Below, one piece after another: positions 12,810-24,476 of a stretch of 64,000 nucleotides of DNA. Where the stretch lies: assembly GCF_006345805.1 (NCBI RefSeq), contig NC_043001.1, positions 26,784,001-26,848,000 of the forward strand, written 5' to 3'. How positions within the stretch are numbered: position 1 is the stretch's first letter; every line of letters starts with the position of its first letter. A program made the position numbers and the translations under genes. This DNA comes from Octopus sinensis (Eukaryota). Below the pieces are notes generated by a model, which searched no databases, had not been told where the DNA came from, and saw nothing but the letters and a program-made list of their open reading frames with translations.

Positions 12810-13222
12810 GCGCAGAAGTGGCTGTGTGGTAAGTAGCTTGCTTACCAACCAAATGGTTCCGGGTTCAGTCTCACTGTGTGGCATCTTGGGCAAGTGTCTT
12901 CTACTATAGCCTCGGGCTGACCAAAGCCTTGTGAGTGGATTTGGTAGACGGAAACTGAAAGAAGCCCGTCGTATATATGTATATATATGTGTGTGTGTGT
13001 ATGTGTGTATGTTTGTGTGTCTGTGTTTGTCCCCCTAGCATTGCTTGACAACCGATGCTGGTGTGTTTACGTCCCCGTTACTTAGCAGTTCGGCAAAAGA
13101 GACCGATAGAATAAGTACTGGGCTTACAAAGAATAAGTCCTGGGGTCGATTTGCTCGACTAAAGGTGGTGCTCCAGCATGGCCACAGTCAAATGACTGAA
13201 ACAAGTAAAAGAGTAAAAGAGT
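12810..13222 (+). mobile_element. SINE family B
   Basis: gtggctgtgtggtaagtagc A-box-like head, ggttccgggttcagtc B-box-like motif, ttgggcaagtgtc CORE-like centre, taaaagag tail. Confidence 0.9.
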
Positions 13223-13489
13223 AATACATTACCTTCAATGATCCTTCTTACTTCATGCACCCTGTTCGCTCATAAGCATGCTCTGACATTTATTCTTGTA
13301 CATGCCATGCTGACTTTCATTGAAAAAAAGCTTCAATGCAGTTGTGCCAGGCATTCTGAGTAAAATTACATGATACAAAATGCTTCATGTAAGATGAAGG
13401 ATCCCTAATGGCTACTGCAATTGTGATCTTATTTCATGGGCTTTGATTTATTACTAACTGCCAAATTTGTGTTAAAAAAACTTTATATA

Positions 13490-13885
13490 GTATTAAGTAA
13501 CCACCTCTTCCTCCTTCTTCTTCTGCCTTCTCTTTTTCTTCTACTTCAGTTTCTTCTGCTTCTGTCTCCTCCTCTTCCTCTTCTCCTTCTTCTTCCTCCT
13601 CTTCTTCTGCATCCTCACACCTCCTCTGTTTCTTTCTCTTCTGCTCCTTCCCTTCCTTCTCTTGCATTGCCTCTTCTTTCTCTGCCTCCTACCCTATCTC
13701 TTTCTCCTTCCCCCTCATGTTTTGCCTTGTCTTTCCCTCCATTGCTTCTTCCTTTCTCTCCTTCTCCTGTCCCTCTTCTCATTCCTCCCGCTGCTTTTCT
13801 CAGCTCCTTCCAACTGCTCCTTCGCGCTTCCTCTTTGTCTTACTCCTTCTCCTTATCCTCTTTCTTCTCCTCTGACTTCTAGAGT
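13490..13885. repeat. CT-rich low-complexity (polypyrimidine) tract
   Basis: Almost exclusively C/T on the + strand. Confidence 0.9.
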
Positions 13886-14260
13886 TATATGATAAAAAGA
13901 AAGTGAAGGACACTAGATCATGACAGACCATTGTCGTGAGGTGCAAGAAGACGAAAAGGGTCAATGACTCTAATTTAATGAATAGCAAGGACAACAGGAC
14001 GACAAAACAAACAAAAATATACCATGTCAATAACAACAATAAAAAAAAAATAACAACCAATGTGAACAGTAACTACAACAACAATACTACACATAAAGAC
14101 AGCGGATTGACAGAGTCATTAGAGCGTTGGATAGAATGCTTTGCAGTATTTGTTTTGGCTCTTTCGATTCTAAGTTCAAATCCTGTCATGGACTACTCAA
14201 AGATAGATTTAATCTGACGTCTCTTTTACATCCACTACTTGGCACATTGGGTGTCTTTAA

Positions 14261-14685
14261 TCCTTTAGCATTTAAACTGATCATATCTGGCCAAAATTTT
14301 TACGTGTTTAACCCTTTCATTACTGTATTTATTTTGAGATGCCCTGTGTTTCTTTCAATTACTTTAAATATAACAAAGAATTTAGTAAAATAACTTCATT
14401 ATCATTCAGCTAGTGTTAGGAACATAAATTGTGACTAAGGTTTGGTGGGAGATTTTAATTCAAAACTTATGAAAACAAGACATTTGTACTCAGATCCAGA
14501 GCCGGTTTCAGGCAGGTTGGTAACGAAAGGGTTAAAGTTCAAACTGGGCAGATCTTTTAATGTCATTTTGAACATAAATAATCACATCATGGAAATCTCA
14601 GGACTACAAGATAATGCAGGATAAATTCAAAATGACACGAATAGACAAGTCTTACATCTGACAGAATAATCTGAATGCAAAAGGG
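14261..14685. mobile_element. piggyBac-type MITE (outer)
   Basis: TTAA|TCCTTTAGCATT...AATGCAAAAGGG|TTAG; related truncated copy at ~18073-18290. Confidence 0.7.
14312..14531. mobile_element. piggyBac-type MITE (inner, nested)
   Basis: TTAA TSDs at 14308-11 and 14532-35; TIRs CCCTTTCATTAC / GTAACGAAAGGG. Confidence 0.85.
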
Positions 14686-14947
14686 TTAGTGGTATCCACT
14701 CTGTTTTGAGTATTCGGACCAGGTGTCCTGGTTTGAGGATAACTCCCTCCTTTCTTCCCTCCCACCAGACTTGAAAGCCTTGTTAAGGATCATGGGCATG
14801 ACATTCTTTCCTCACTGAAAAATAAAAACAAAAGTATCAACACACAGACATATACTCCACTACTTCACCATTCTCCTTTCAGAGAAAAGTGAATTAATGG
14901 TGTATGTAAAACAAAAAACAAAAATACACACACACGCACGCACACAT

Positions 14948-14998
<51 letters not shown>

Positions 14999-15164
14999 AC
15001 ACACAAAGTTAATGGTCATGCTCGGTCAGAGTGACTATTGGTTTTGCATCGTGTAGGCTGTGTATACTAGGCACCTTAAAGAAGAGATTCCCAGCAGGCC
15101 TCTTTGGTTTATACAAAGTTGATGCTCTGGCCATTTTTAGAGAAGGAGCTAAAACCTGAAGACT

Positions 15165-15535
15165 GTGTGCACAGAATGGAATATAGAATGGCCTCCAAGA
15201 AGTCCAGATCTCACTTCATGTGATTTTTACCTGTGGGGTTACACAAAAGAGAAGGTGTTCAAGACAAAAACCTTGCACGCTGGAGGATTTGGAGACATGG
15301 ATTTAGGAGGTTCTCAATGATATCCCAGATGAAGACCTTCAGAATGTTGTTCATTCCATCTCTCGCCATTTGAGGAAACTGGTTGATGCCACCGGTGCTT
15401 ACGTTGAAATATGAAGATTTACTTTCATTTTCTCATGTAATAAAGAACATGTATCATTTGTTTCAATGAATTTGTAAAAGGAATATGGATTTTATTACCA
15501 ATTTTTAATGCCTACTTACTTTTCACCCACCATGT
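15165..15535 (+). pseudogene. Tc1/mariner-superfamily transposase C-terminus and 3' end
   Basis: EWPPRSPDLTSCDFYLWGYTKEKVF...LRKLVDATGAYVEI*. Confidence 0.85.
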
Positions 15536-15929
15536 ATATTTCCCTTCCTTTTCATTGTATACCATGTATAGTTACCCATCCCTTTTTCTAAAATTATTTT
15601 ATCATTTCATTATATGTAAATCCACACACTTTGTGTCTGCCACTGTAATGTCTTTTGTCATCTGCTCTGGTGGAAAATAAATGAAATCATTATTATTATT
15701 ACTATTATTATCACCCTCATTAACATCTTTTAATTCTGTTTCCATTTCTTGCTGAGTGCCTTCCTGACACCTAGGGCAGAGAAACGTACTGTATACATTG
15801 GTAGGCCATTAAAACAAGCACATCAGATCGTTCATATACAGAGTCATGTGACAGAGAAAAATGGGAAGACAAGGAGAAAAAGGAAAAAAATAAAAAATAG
15901 AAAAGTAGGCAAAAATAAAGGGGGTGGGG

Positions 15930-16400
15930 AAGGAAAGAAAATTTACAGCGACAATGCTCTTCTCAATACGTGTGACGTACCAGTTAAGACAACCTTTTGC
16001 ACTTCCTGCATGGATGGTAAGACAGGGATCATTCTTAAATAATTTCCAGTTTCTTTTTTGATCATTCCAAGTGCTTCTACAATCACCGGTAATGTAACCG
16101 TCTTCAGATGCCACATCTTTTTGATTTTGATTAGCAGATCTTTATATTTTATGAGCTTATCAAATTCTTTTGCTGAGATATTATGGTCACAGGGTATGCT
16201 CATGTCAAACAATAAACAGGATTTATTGCTTTTGTCTTTCACAACAATATCTGGTTTATTTGCTTTGACAGTCTGATCTGTATATACTGGGAAGTCCCAA
16301 AGAATAGTTACATATTCTCCCTCAGTTACAGCCTCAGGTAGATGTTTGTACCATTTGTCAGCAGTTTTGATTTTATAAGGCTAATATAGATATTAGCCAA
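15930..16400 (-). pseudogene. R4/Dong-like LINE C-terminal REL-endonuclease region
   Basis: ILWDFPVYTDQTVKANKPDIVVKDKSNKSCLLFDMSIPCDHNISAKEFDKLIKYKDL...MWHLKTVTLPVIVEALG...SHVLRRALSL*. Confidence 0.85.
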
Positions 16401-16904
16401 CTCTGTCATGTCTTGATTTGTATTCTATAGATGTTAAAAAGGTCCCTGGATAAGGGTTGTTTTAAGGGTCTCTACAGTTTCTGTCTACGAAATTCACTCT
16501 CAAGACATTGATTGGCTTAGGACTGTAGTGGAAGACACTTGCTCATGGTCATGTGCATTGGTACTAAGTTCAAAACCCCATGGCTGGAAAGAGAGCTTGT
16601 CAATCACATTGCTATGCCTTTGCCTATAAAGATATTTAAAAAAATCTACTCAGTTTAGAGCAGGGGTAATGATTTTGATATTCAAGGAAATGTCTGTAAT
16701 CGATTTACCCACTACCATGAAATTGATGGCCTTTTGCCAAACTTTGAAACCATTATTCAGCATTTTGTCCGTCTTTACATACTGAGTTCAAATTCTGCCA
16801 AGGTCGACTTTGCCTTTCATCCTTTCGAGGTCGATAAAATAAGTACCAGTTGAGTACTGGGGTCGATGTAATGGACTAGTCTCCTCCTCAAAAATTTCAC
16901 GCCT

Positions 16905-17480
16905 TGTGCTTCCAGAAATCCTTGGCGTGGCAGTGCTCCCGAGGTTGTGGGTGGCATTGCGGTTCGGGATAAACTTTACAGACATGGAAGTGCTGTCAAC
17001 CGGACTTGTCTGGGATGTGCGCAGAGTGACAAAACTGTTCAGTACACCCTTGTCCAATGCCCACATATTGATGACTTGTGGGTTTATGTCGAACACCTAC
17101 TGTCGTGTATAGGATGGATTTGACTATTGTCTGAGTCCATCATGAAGATTACCCCTCTGCCTTCCCTTGGCCAGGAAGGGGGTATGCAGTGTTTCTTTGT
17201 CTGGTGGCCTTAGCGAAAGAGGTTGTGTAGTAGACCAGATTGAGAGGGTTGAAGATAGACAGTTTCCTCTTTGGCCAAACTCCCATCAACCTTTTCAGGC
17301 TTTACTTGAATAGAAAAGTGAGGGTAGAGAGGGAAGTGCTGCCAAATGGTGGGTGAATGTAGTGTGAACAGCTTAAGTGAATGGGACTGTTCTAAGCATG
17401 TGCCTCTAGATCGAGAGTAGATGAAGAGGAGAGGCCATTTACCCTAAAAGTCAGAGCGATTGTGTTTTTTTTTTTTTGTA
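16905..17480 (+). pseudogene. L1/Tx1-type LINE ORF2 3' end (CCHC region)
   Basis: Manual translation: AVRDKLYRHGSAVNRTCLGCAQSDKTVQYTLVQCPHIDDLWVYVEHLL; stops downstream. Confidence 0.7.
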
Positions 17481-17499
17481 GTTAAAAGATTTCCCATCA

Positions 17500-17725
17500 G
17501 GGCGACAAGCTGGCAGAAACGTTAGCATGTCAGGCGAAATGCTTAGCAGTATTTCATCTGTCTTTACGTTCTGAGTTCAAATTCTGCCGAAGTCGACTTT
17601 GTCTTTCATTCTTTTGGTGTCGATAAAGCAAGTACAAGTTGAATATTGGAGTTGATGTAATCACTTCATCTCCTCTCCCAAAATGACTGCCCTTGTGGCA
17701 AAATTTGAAACCCTTATTATTATAA
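17500..17725 (+). mobile_element. SINE family A (diverged)
   Basis: ggcgacaagctggcagaaacgttagca...gttctgagttcaaattctgccg. Confidence 0.8.
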
Positions 17726-18664
17726 TTATTACTGACCGACGGAAAATGCTTTTTGACAATTTGTTTTAGTAAATCAATATGGAAATCAATGGAAGATAAA
17801 AGAAAACCAAAAATCAAGCTTTGTAAACATGTATGTACTTGTTATTGTTTAAACAATTTATATAGTTCGATATCTTCATATTTAGAATGTGACAGCTGTA
17901 TCCTGCAAGATCGATAATAATTTATTCAAATTGCTCATCAATGCCGTGGATACAGCAATTATTTCAATCGAAGATGTTCTCAATGTATTAAAGCAGATTC
18001 ATCATTAGACATCTAATCTATAAGACACAAAATAAAAGAGTGTTATGATTTTACTAAACATTTGAAGATTTAACCCTTTAGCATTCAGATTTCTTTGTGA
18101 AATTTATTGCTTATTTATCCATACTGTTTTTGAATTAATCACATATTATTTTGCAGCTTCAAAATTTAAATGGTGTGGCTATATATTTTTAAAATGACAT
18201 TGTAGGGTAGGTGTGAGAGGTTGGATCCAGACAGTTTTAACATAAAACAGATGGATTATTTGGGCCGGATATGGCCGGATTAAATTAAAATAGGCAAGGT
18301 GAGGACAATGAAAGAAAATAGAGATAAAGACACTGTACTATCTTATATAGATTGTTTAACAATCCTATAACATCTCAGGTGGTGGTTTGCCGATAACTAC
18401 AAATTCTTCGAACTCTTCCATTATTTTCTTTCTCTTATCTTTTGTTTTTATCCTCTATTTGTTTTAGTCATTTCATTGTGGCCATGCTGAGGCACCACTT
18501 TGAAGGATTTTTAGTCGAACAATTTTTAAAGTTTAGTGCTTATTCTATCGGTCTCCTTTGCCATGTTTTGTAAACACACCAGCACTGGTTGTCAAGCGAT
18601 GGTGGGACAAGGACATGTACACACACACACACACACACACATACATACATACATACTTATATAC

Positions 18665-18709
<45 letters not shown>

Positions 18710-18714
<5 letters not shown>

Positions 18715-19016
18715 CGTAAAAAGCACCATCCAATCGTGGCTGTTGCCAGCCTGGCCTGGCCCCTGTGCTGGTGGCACGTAAAAAGCACCATCCTTCTGTG
18801 GCCGTTTGCCAGCTCCGTTTGGCACCTGTGCGGGTGGCACGTAAAAAGCACCCACTACACTCATGGAATGGTTGGCGTTAGGAAGGGCATCCAGCTGTAG
18901 AAACGCTGCCAGATCAGATTGGGCCTGAAGCAGCCTTCTGGCTTCACACACTCCAGTTGAACTGTCCAACCCATGCTAGCATGGAAAGCGGACGCTAAAT
19001 GATGATGATGATGATG

Positions 19017-19018
<2 letters not shown>
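18710..19018 (+). mobile_element. SINE family C
   Basis: Matches 3440-3770, including the (gat)n tail. Confidence 0.85.
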
Positions 19019-19060
<42 letters not shown>

Positions 19061-19514
19061 ACCAGTGTAAGCACATAAATGTGAAACAAGGTGGAAAAAA
19101 TAGTATTTGAATACCAGAGGTAGAGTAATATGCTTTATCAAAAAGCAGCAAAAATATCACAAAAACTGTTACTCACAGTTTTATGTTCCCATTTGTCAGA
19201 CAGTTTTGTTTAGAATGGAACAAGATAAAGTTATATGCAGAAATACAATTACTTTGTTAGCTACATATTTGAAAATGGTTTTGTTTCATTGGTCCTTTCA
19301 ACTAATGATCTTTTTAATAACCGGTCGCATATATATATGTACGACAGGCTTCTTTCAGTTTCTGTCTACCAAATCCACTGACAAAGCTTTGGTTGGCCCA
19401 AGGCTATAGTAGAAGACACTTGTGCAAGATGCCATGCAGTGGAACTGAACCTGGAACCATGTGGTTGGTAAGCAAGCTACTTACAACACAGACACTCCTG
19501 TGCCTGCATATGTA

Positions 19515-19569
<55 letters not shown>

Positions 19570-19578
19570 GTATATATA

Positions 19579-19617
<39 letters not shown>

Positions 19618-19619
19618 TA

Positions 19620-19757
19620 AATTAGAGATAAAACCACTATTAGGGAAATTAATTTATTAAACTTTTAATACTTTTGATATTTATAAAAAAAATAAATAAA
19701 TAAATAAATAAATCAATTAATTAATTAATAAACAAAATAATATATAAATATAAAAAT

Positions 19758-19803
<46 letters not shown>

Positions 19804-20262
19804 ATACGAGAAAGAAGCAACAAGAATGGATTAGTTTTTAATACAATTGTTTCATACAAAGACAGGCTTTATTACAAGTTGCAAAAATTGCAGCAGATAA
19901 AAGTGTCCCGTACTCATCAGCTAAAATACATATGAGTTCTCTAGACATCTTAGTGGGTGAGGTTATACTCATGAAATATTGGAGATAATTCCATTAAAGG
20001 CAGATATAGGTTGTAAACAGTTTTCCAAAGTTCCTTAATGATGATGCACAGTCTTATCACAGATTTTTAAAAACTTATTAGTTGTATATATATATTCAAA
20101 ATTTATAAGTTTAAATTATTTTAATAATTTTTAAATTTTAACTTTTATATTTTTAAATTAATTTTATGTATTGGTTTATGTTTTATGTATTGGTTTATGT
20201 TTTATGTATTGGTTTATGTTTTTCACTGTTTGATTTGCCTAATAGTGGTTTTATCTCTAATA
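19620..20262. repeat. AT-rich foldback element with an internal insert
   Basis: Termini ATTAGAGATAAAACCACTATTAGG / CCTAATAGTGGTTTTATCTCTAAT; same termini as 53632-54190. Confidence 0.8.
19836..19926 (-). ncRNA. Type I hammerhead ribozyme motif
   Basis: UUUUAG-CUGAUGA-GUACGGGACA..UGUCUUUGUAU-GAAA-CAAUUG-UA/UUAAAA: three stems, palindromic stem III ACAAUUGU, GUA cleavage triplet. Confidence 0.75.
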
Positions 20263-20689
20263 TAATATAATATAATATATTTATACTATAAAATTGGATT
20301 TAATCCTAAATCTAATTTTTCCCTGTAAGTTTGGATTTATTCCCTAATATTATTATAATATATATATATATATGCCATGCTTTCATACAGTTTCCATCAA
20401 TAAAATTTGGTCGCAAGTCATTGGTTGGCCTGGGTCTTATAGTAAAACACACTTGCTTAAGCTAGATCACAGTGAAACTGAACCCAAAATCACTAGGTTG
20501 CAAAGTGAGCTTCTTAATTATACAGTCATGCATCACAAAATTTATTGACAGCAATAATTATAACTGTATGGAACTGTAGGATGTGAGGGGTTCGTCCGAA
20601 CCTGCCTACCACCTCCCCTGGTAACATATGTGAACCTGCCTACCTCCTTCCCTAATAACATGTGTAAACAATAAAGCTTTCTTGGGTAA

Positions 20690-21340
20690 TAAATTATTGG
20701 TCTCAAATTTTGGCACAGAGCTAGCAATTTCAAGGGGATGGGTGAGTCAATTACATTAACCCTAATATTCAACCAGCACTTATCTTATCAACCCAGAAAG
20801 GATGAAAGGCAAAGTCGACTTCGGTGGAATTTGAACTCAGTGCGCAAAACCTAAAGATGGATGAAATGCCCTTAAGCCTTTCACCCGGCGCGGTAACGAT
20901 TCTTATTTCTTTATTGCCCACAAGGGACTAAACTTAGAGGGGACAAACAAGGACAGACAAAGGGATTAAGTTGATTACATCAACCCCAGTGCGTAACTGG
21001 TACTTAATTTATCAACCCCGAAAGGATGAAAGGCAAAGTCGACCTCAGCAGAATTTGAACTCAGAACATAATGGCAGACGAAACATCGCTAAGCAGCTCA
21101 CCGCCTTATTCTTAATTGGCATGGTAACAATTCTGCCAGTTGATGATAAAATTATTGGTTTCACATTTTGGTACAAAGCTAGCCATTTTGAGGGAGAAGG
21201 TAAGTCAATTACATCGACCCCTAACGTTACTTTATCGACCCAGAAAGGATGAAAGGCAAAGTTGACCTCGAACTCAGAACATAAGAAATGCCGTTAAGCA
21301 TTCTACCCGGTGTGCTAACAATTTTGTCACCTCGCCGCCT
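20690..21340 (-). mobile_element. Three tandem SINE family A copies
   Basis: gaaaggatgaaaggcaaagtcgac motif at ~20796, 21021 and 21244. Confidence 0.85.
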
Positions 21341-23631
21341 TCTTATGTGTTAAAATATTAATCGGTATTTATGGTTTATTTTTCAGCACTCTGTTTCTTT
21401 GTAAACAGACAAAGCTACTATAAAAGAAAAACTTAGTAATCAACCTGTGTTGTTGACTACTTGAAACCATATGCTCTCTGACAACAACAAAAGGGAACAG
21501 AATATAAATTCAGTTGTTGAGTAAATAGATCATTAGATAACTTTTGTTTAGAAAATTACATGGTGTGATTAACGAGATATCACTGCATTTAGCATCAGAA
21601 AAATTTAACACATTATAGTGTACCCCATTCCAAAGAAAAGATTGCCTTCTACTGGAAAAAAAAACTTGTAAACAATCCCCTGCTTCATTAACTTGGTATC
21701 TCTTCCTCTTGAATGGCTTACTTAGAGCTTAATCTAACAAGGATTCCCTTGAAACTTTTAGCTAAAGCAATGTTATTGCCTTTGATATCAGCAAAGCCTA
21801 TTAGGAGTCAAGCTACTGGGTTCAGCTGTCTCTTTCTCTTTTCTGATATTGTAAGATTCTTGTCAGATCATTGCATTCCAGTACTGTTGAAAAGGGGATC
21901 ATCACAAGCTACTTTGAAGAGAGAGTCTCAACTTGAATCGGTAGAAGTTTCTTGGTTACTGCCTTTCATTTTCTTTTGGTTGTCTTTTCTTAAGAACTTT
22001 TTTTTTTTGACTGCTTCTAATAATTATTTTTGAATATATCCACTATTACGACAGAAACGATATGAGCACTGAAGTATTTTGAGGGGATATGAACACACAC
22101 ACACACAAATATATATGTGCATGTGTGTAACGGTTGGGTTAATTAGTAAACAATAATATAGGAAGACAATGGTTGATACACAGTAGGATGGAATGTAATC
22201 TGTTTGTAAGGATTGGTTCTTCGTTGATTGTCATTATGTAAAGATAAAAGAGCGATGATTGAAGTTGTGAAGAAAATATTTATTTTAGTTTCATTATACA
22301 GTACCTTCCCTCGACGGGCAGGTGATAAAATCTTAGAGCATGCAAAGTAAAAAAATTAATTTCGGCCTGTGTATTCGTATTGTAGTAGTAAAACATAGAG
22401 AGAGATATGGTAATGTGCAGAGAAGAGAAATTGAGTAAGTGAAAGTGAGAGAGTGTGGCACGAAACAACAGCTTCGTTGGTGAGTTGCAATAGTTGTCAT
22501 TTTTGTGCCCTTATCTTTAGAGATGACGTTTGTTCAGCTGGTCAGCCAGACTCGTTCTCACTGAGATGTCACCAAGTGACTAACTGTCTTTTGCTTGTGG
22601 GTTCTTGTTTTTATAACTATCCAGAAGGATAGACATATCATTGAGAACAATGGACTTCGTTGGTGGTACTGTGATATTTTAATTCTAGGTTTTGGTGAAG
22701 TAGACGAGGCTAGACGGATCAAGTGGTGATGACATTATTTCGGCCTAGCTAAGACAATCAGGCAAATGTAAAATTGCAGTCACAGGAAAACTATTGTTCC
22801 ACCGCGAAAAAAGTTCTGTTGAAGTGTTAATTTAAATTTGGGTATGGTAGTTCAAATCCACTTCATGCCTGCAAGATCCACTATATATATATATATATCA
22901 GTGGTGTACGGTGGTGGTTGTCTTTGGATATGCTGCCACACCGACCTATGACTAACATTATTACTCAAATTACATACACAAACTGCGTATTTTTACTCAA
23001 AATATAATCACTGAAAATTAAATTAAAAGTGTGTATTTCTGCCACTGTAAAAACATTTAAGATCAACACTAATTAAATTTTAAATAAAATGCTTAAGCAC
23101 ACATCTAAGAAAATCACAAAATTCACTGAGCAAGATATCAATGCACAATCTTTCAGAATTGGACCTGGCTTAAGTTTTGTTTCTGACTTCTAAAAGTAGA
23201 TTATTTGTTTTGAAAACAAATTCAGATCAAAGTTATATGATGATATTGTAAGAAAAAAATTATTTAAAAAAATTAGTTTTAGTTTAGGAATTTTAAATGA
23301 ATTTAAACGTGCAACTTCTTGCCACGAACATACGACTGTGCTGTCAAAGCTGTCGCACGCCCTTCGCCATTAATTTTTTTGTCATTCTCCCATTATCCTA
23401 CAATACACCCGGTACCATATTATGACACAATGCACTGTGAGCTGTGCAGTGCTATTTCAGGACACCTGCCATCAAATTTCAAGCAGGGATATAACAAAAG
23501 TTTTGTGCAATTTTTCCCCAGAAAACTTAGTTGATGATTTTTTTTTTCCTTTTTAAATTATTTACATTTCAGTTCAACTATTTCACATGACTTTATTCAT
23601 TAAAACTTCAGAAGTTCTTACAACATAAGTC

Positions 23632-24271
23632 TAAATCTTTCTAAAGGAGACTACGGCAGCAGTACTGGAAATTAATAGTTATTGCCAAGCCAACATGGCA
23701 GTCCAGGAAAATAAGACGAATGCTGCTGTTGATTAGCTCCAAAAGACCATTGCCTCTAGGTAGCTATGTGACACACAAACCTGTGTCCATTACAACCTTC
23801 GAACAGGGGAGGTCAGCAGCTTCCCCTTGCTGGTTCAACCACCACAGACTAGTTTCAGAGTAGTTGCCCCTTCTCAATGTAGAGTAGCTGAACCCAACAG
23901 GCGTTACTGCCTGTTCAAAGGATTATTTATATACATTCAGTGGAACACATTCACTGGTTTTAAAAGATAGAAATATTAATATTTCTAAATCTCTCTAAAG
24001 GAGATTACGGTAGCAGTACAGGATATTAATAGTTATCGCGAAGCTAACATGGCAGTCCAGGAAAATAGGACGAATGCTGCCGTTGATCAGCTCCAAGAGG
24101 CCATCACCTCTAGCTAGCTATGTGACATACAAACCTGTGTCCAGCTTCCCCTGCTGGTTCAACCTCCACAGACTAGTTTCGGGGTGTTCCACTGAATATG
24201 TATAAGTAAACCTTTGAACAGACAGTCAGCAGTGACGCCTGCTGGGTTCGGCGACTCCACATTGAGAAGGG
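23632..24271. repeat. Diverged tandem duplication (~320-350 bp unit) with an inverted 3' segment in copy 2
   Basis: tctaaaggaga.tacgg.agcagtac begins both units; 24185-24271 is the reverse complement of 23868-23947. Confidence 0.85.
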
Positions 24272-24344
24272 ACATATTTCACAATGCGGAGATTGAGTAG
24301 TTAACCATCATTGAAGAAGAAAGCCAGTTTGTTTCAATGATGAC

Positions 24345-24476
24345 TCATAGTTCAATTTCTCTTTGATTAATCAACTCAGTCTTCTTTGATCTGAGACAAA
24401 GAATAACCTTGGCTGCAGCATTCGCAAGGAAAGTTAACAATTCTTCCACATCACACAGTTGTGCAAACCATGTAAT
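24345..24476 (-). CDS. Candidate terminal coding exon of an unidentified host gene
   Basis: tttctacag acceptor followed by one open frame, ITWFAQLCDVEELLTFLANAAAKVILCLRSKKTELINQREIEL*; no family recognised. Confidence 0.3.
   Translation of the reverse strand: MTWFAQLCDVEELLTFLANAAAKVILCLRSKKTELINQREIEL

Noticed and set aside
22126-22784. Solo LTR (TGTAAC...CACA, AATAAA on the - strand)
   Set aside because: No matching TSD and no second copy or internal domain in the window
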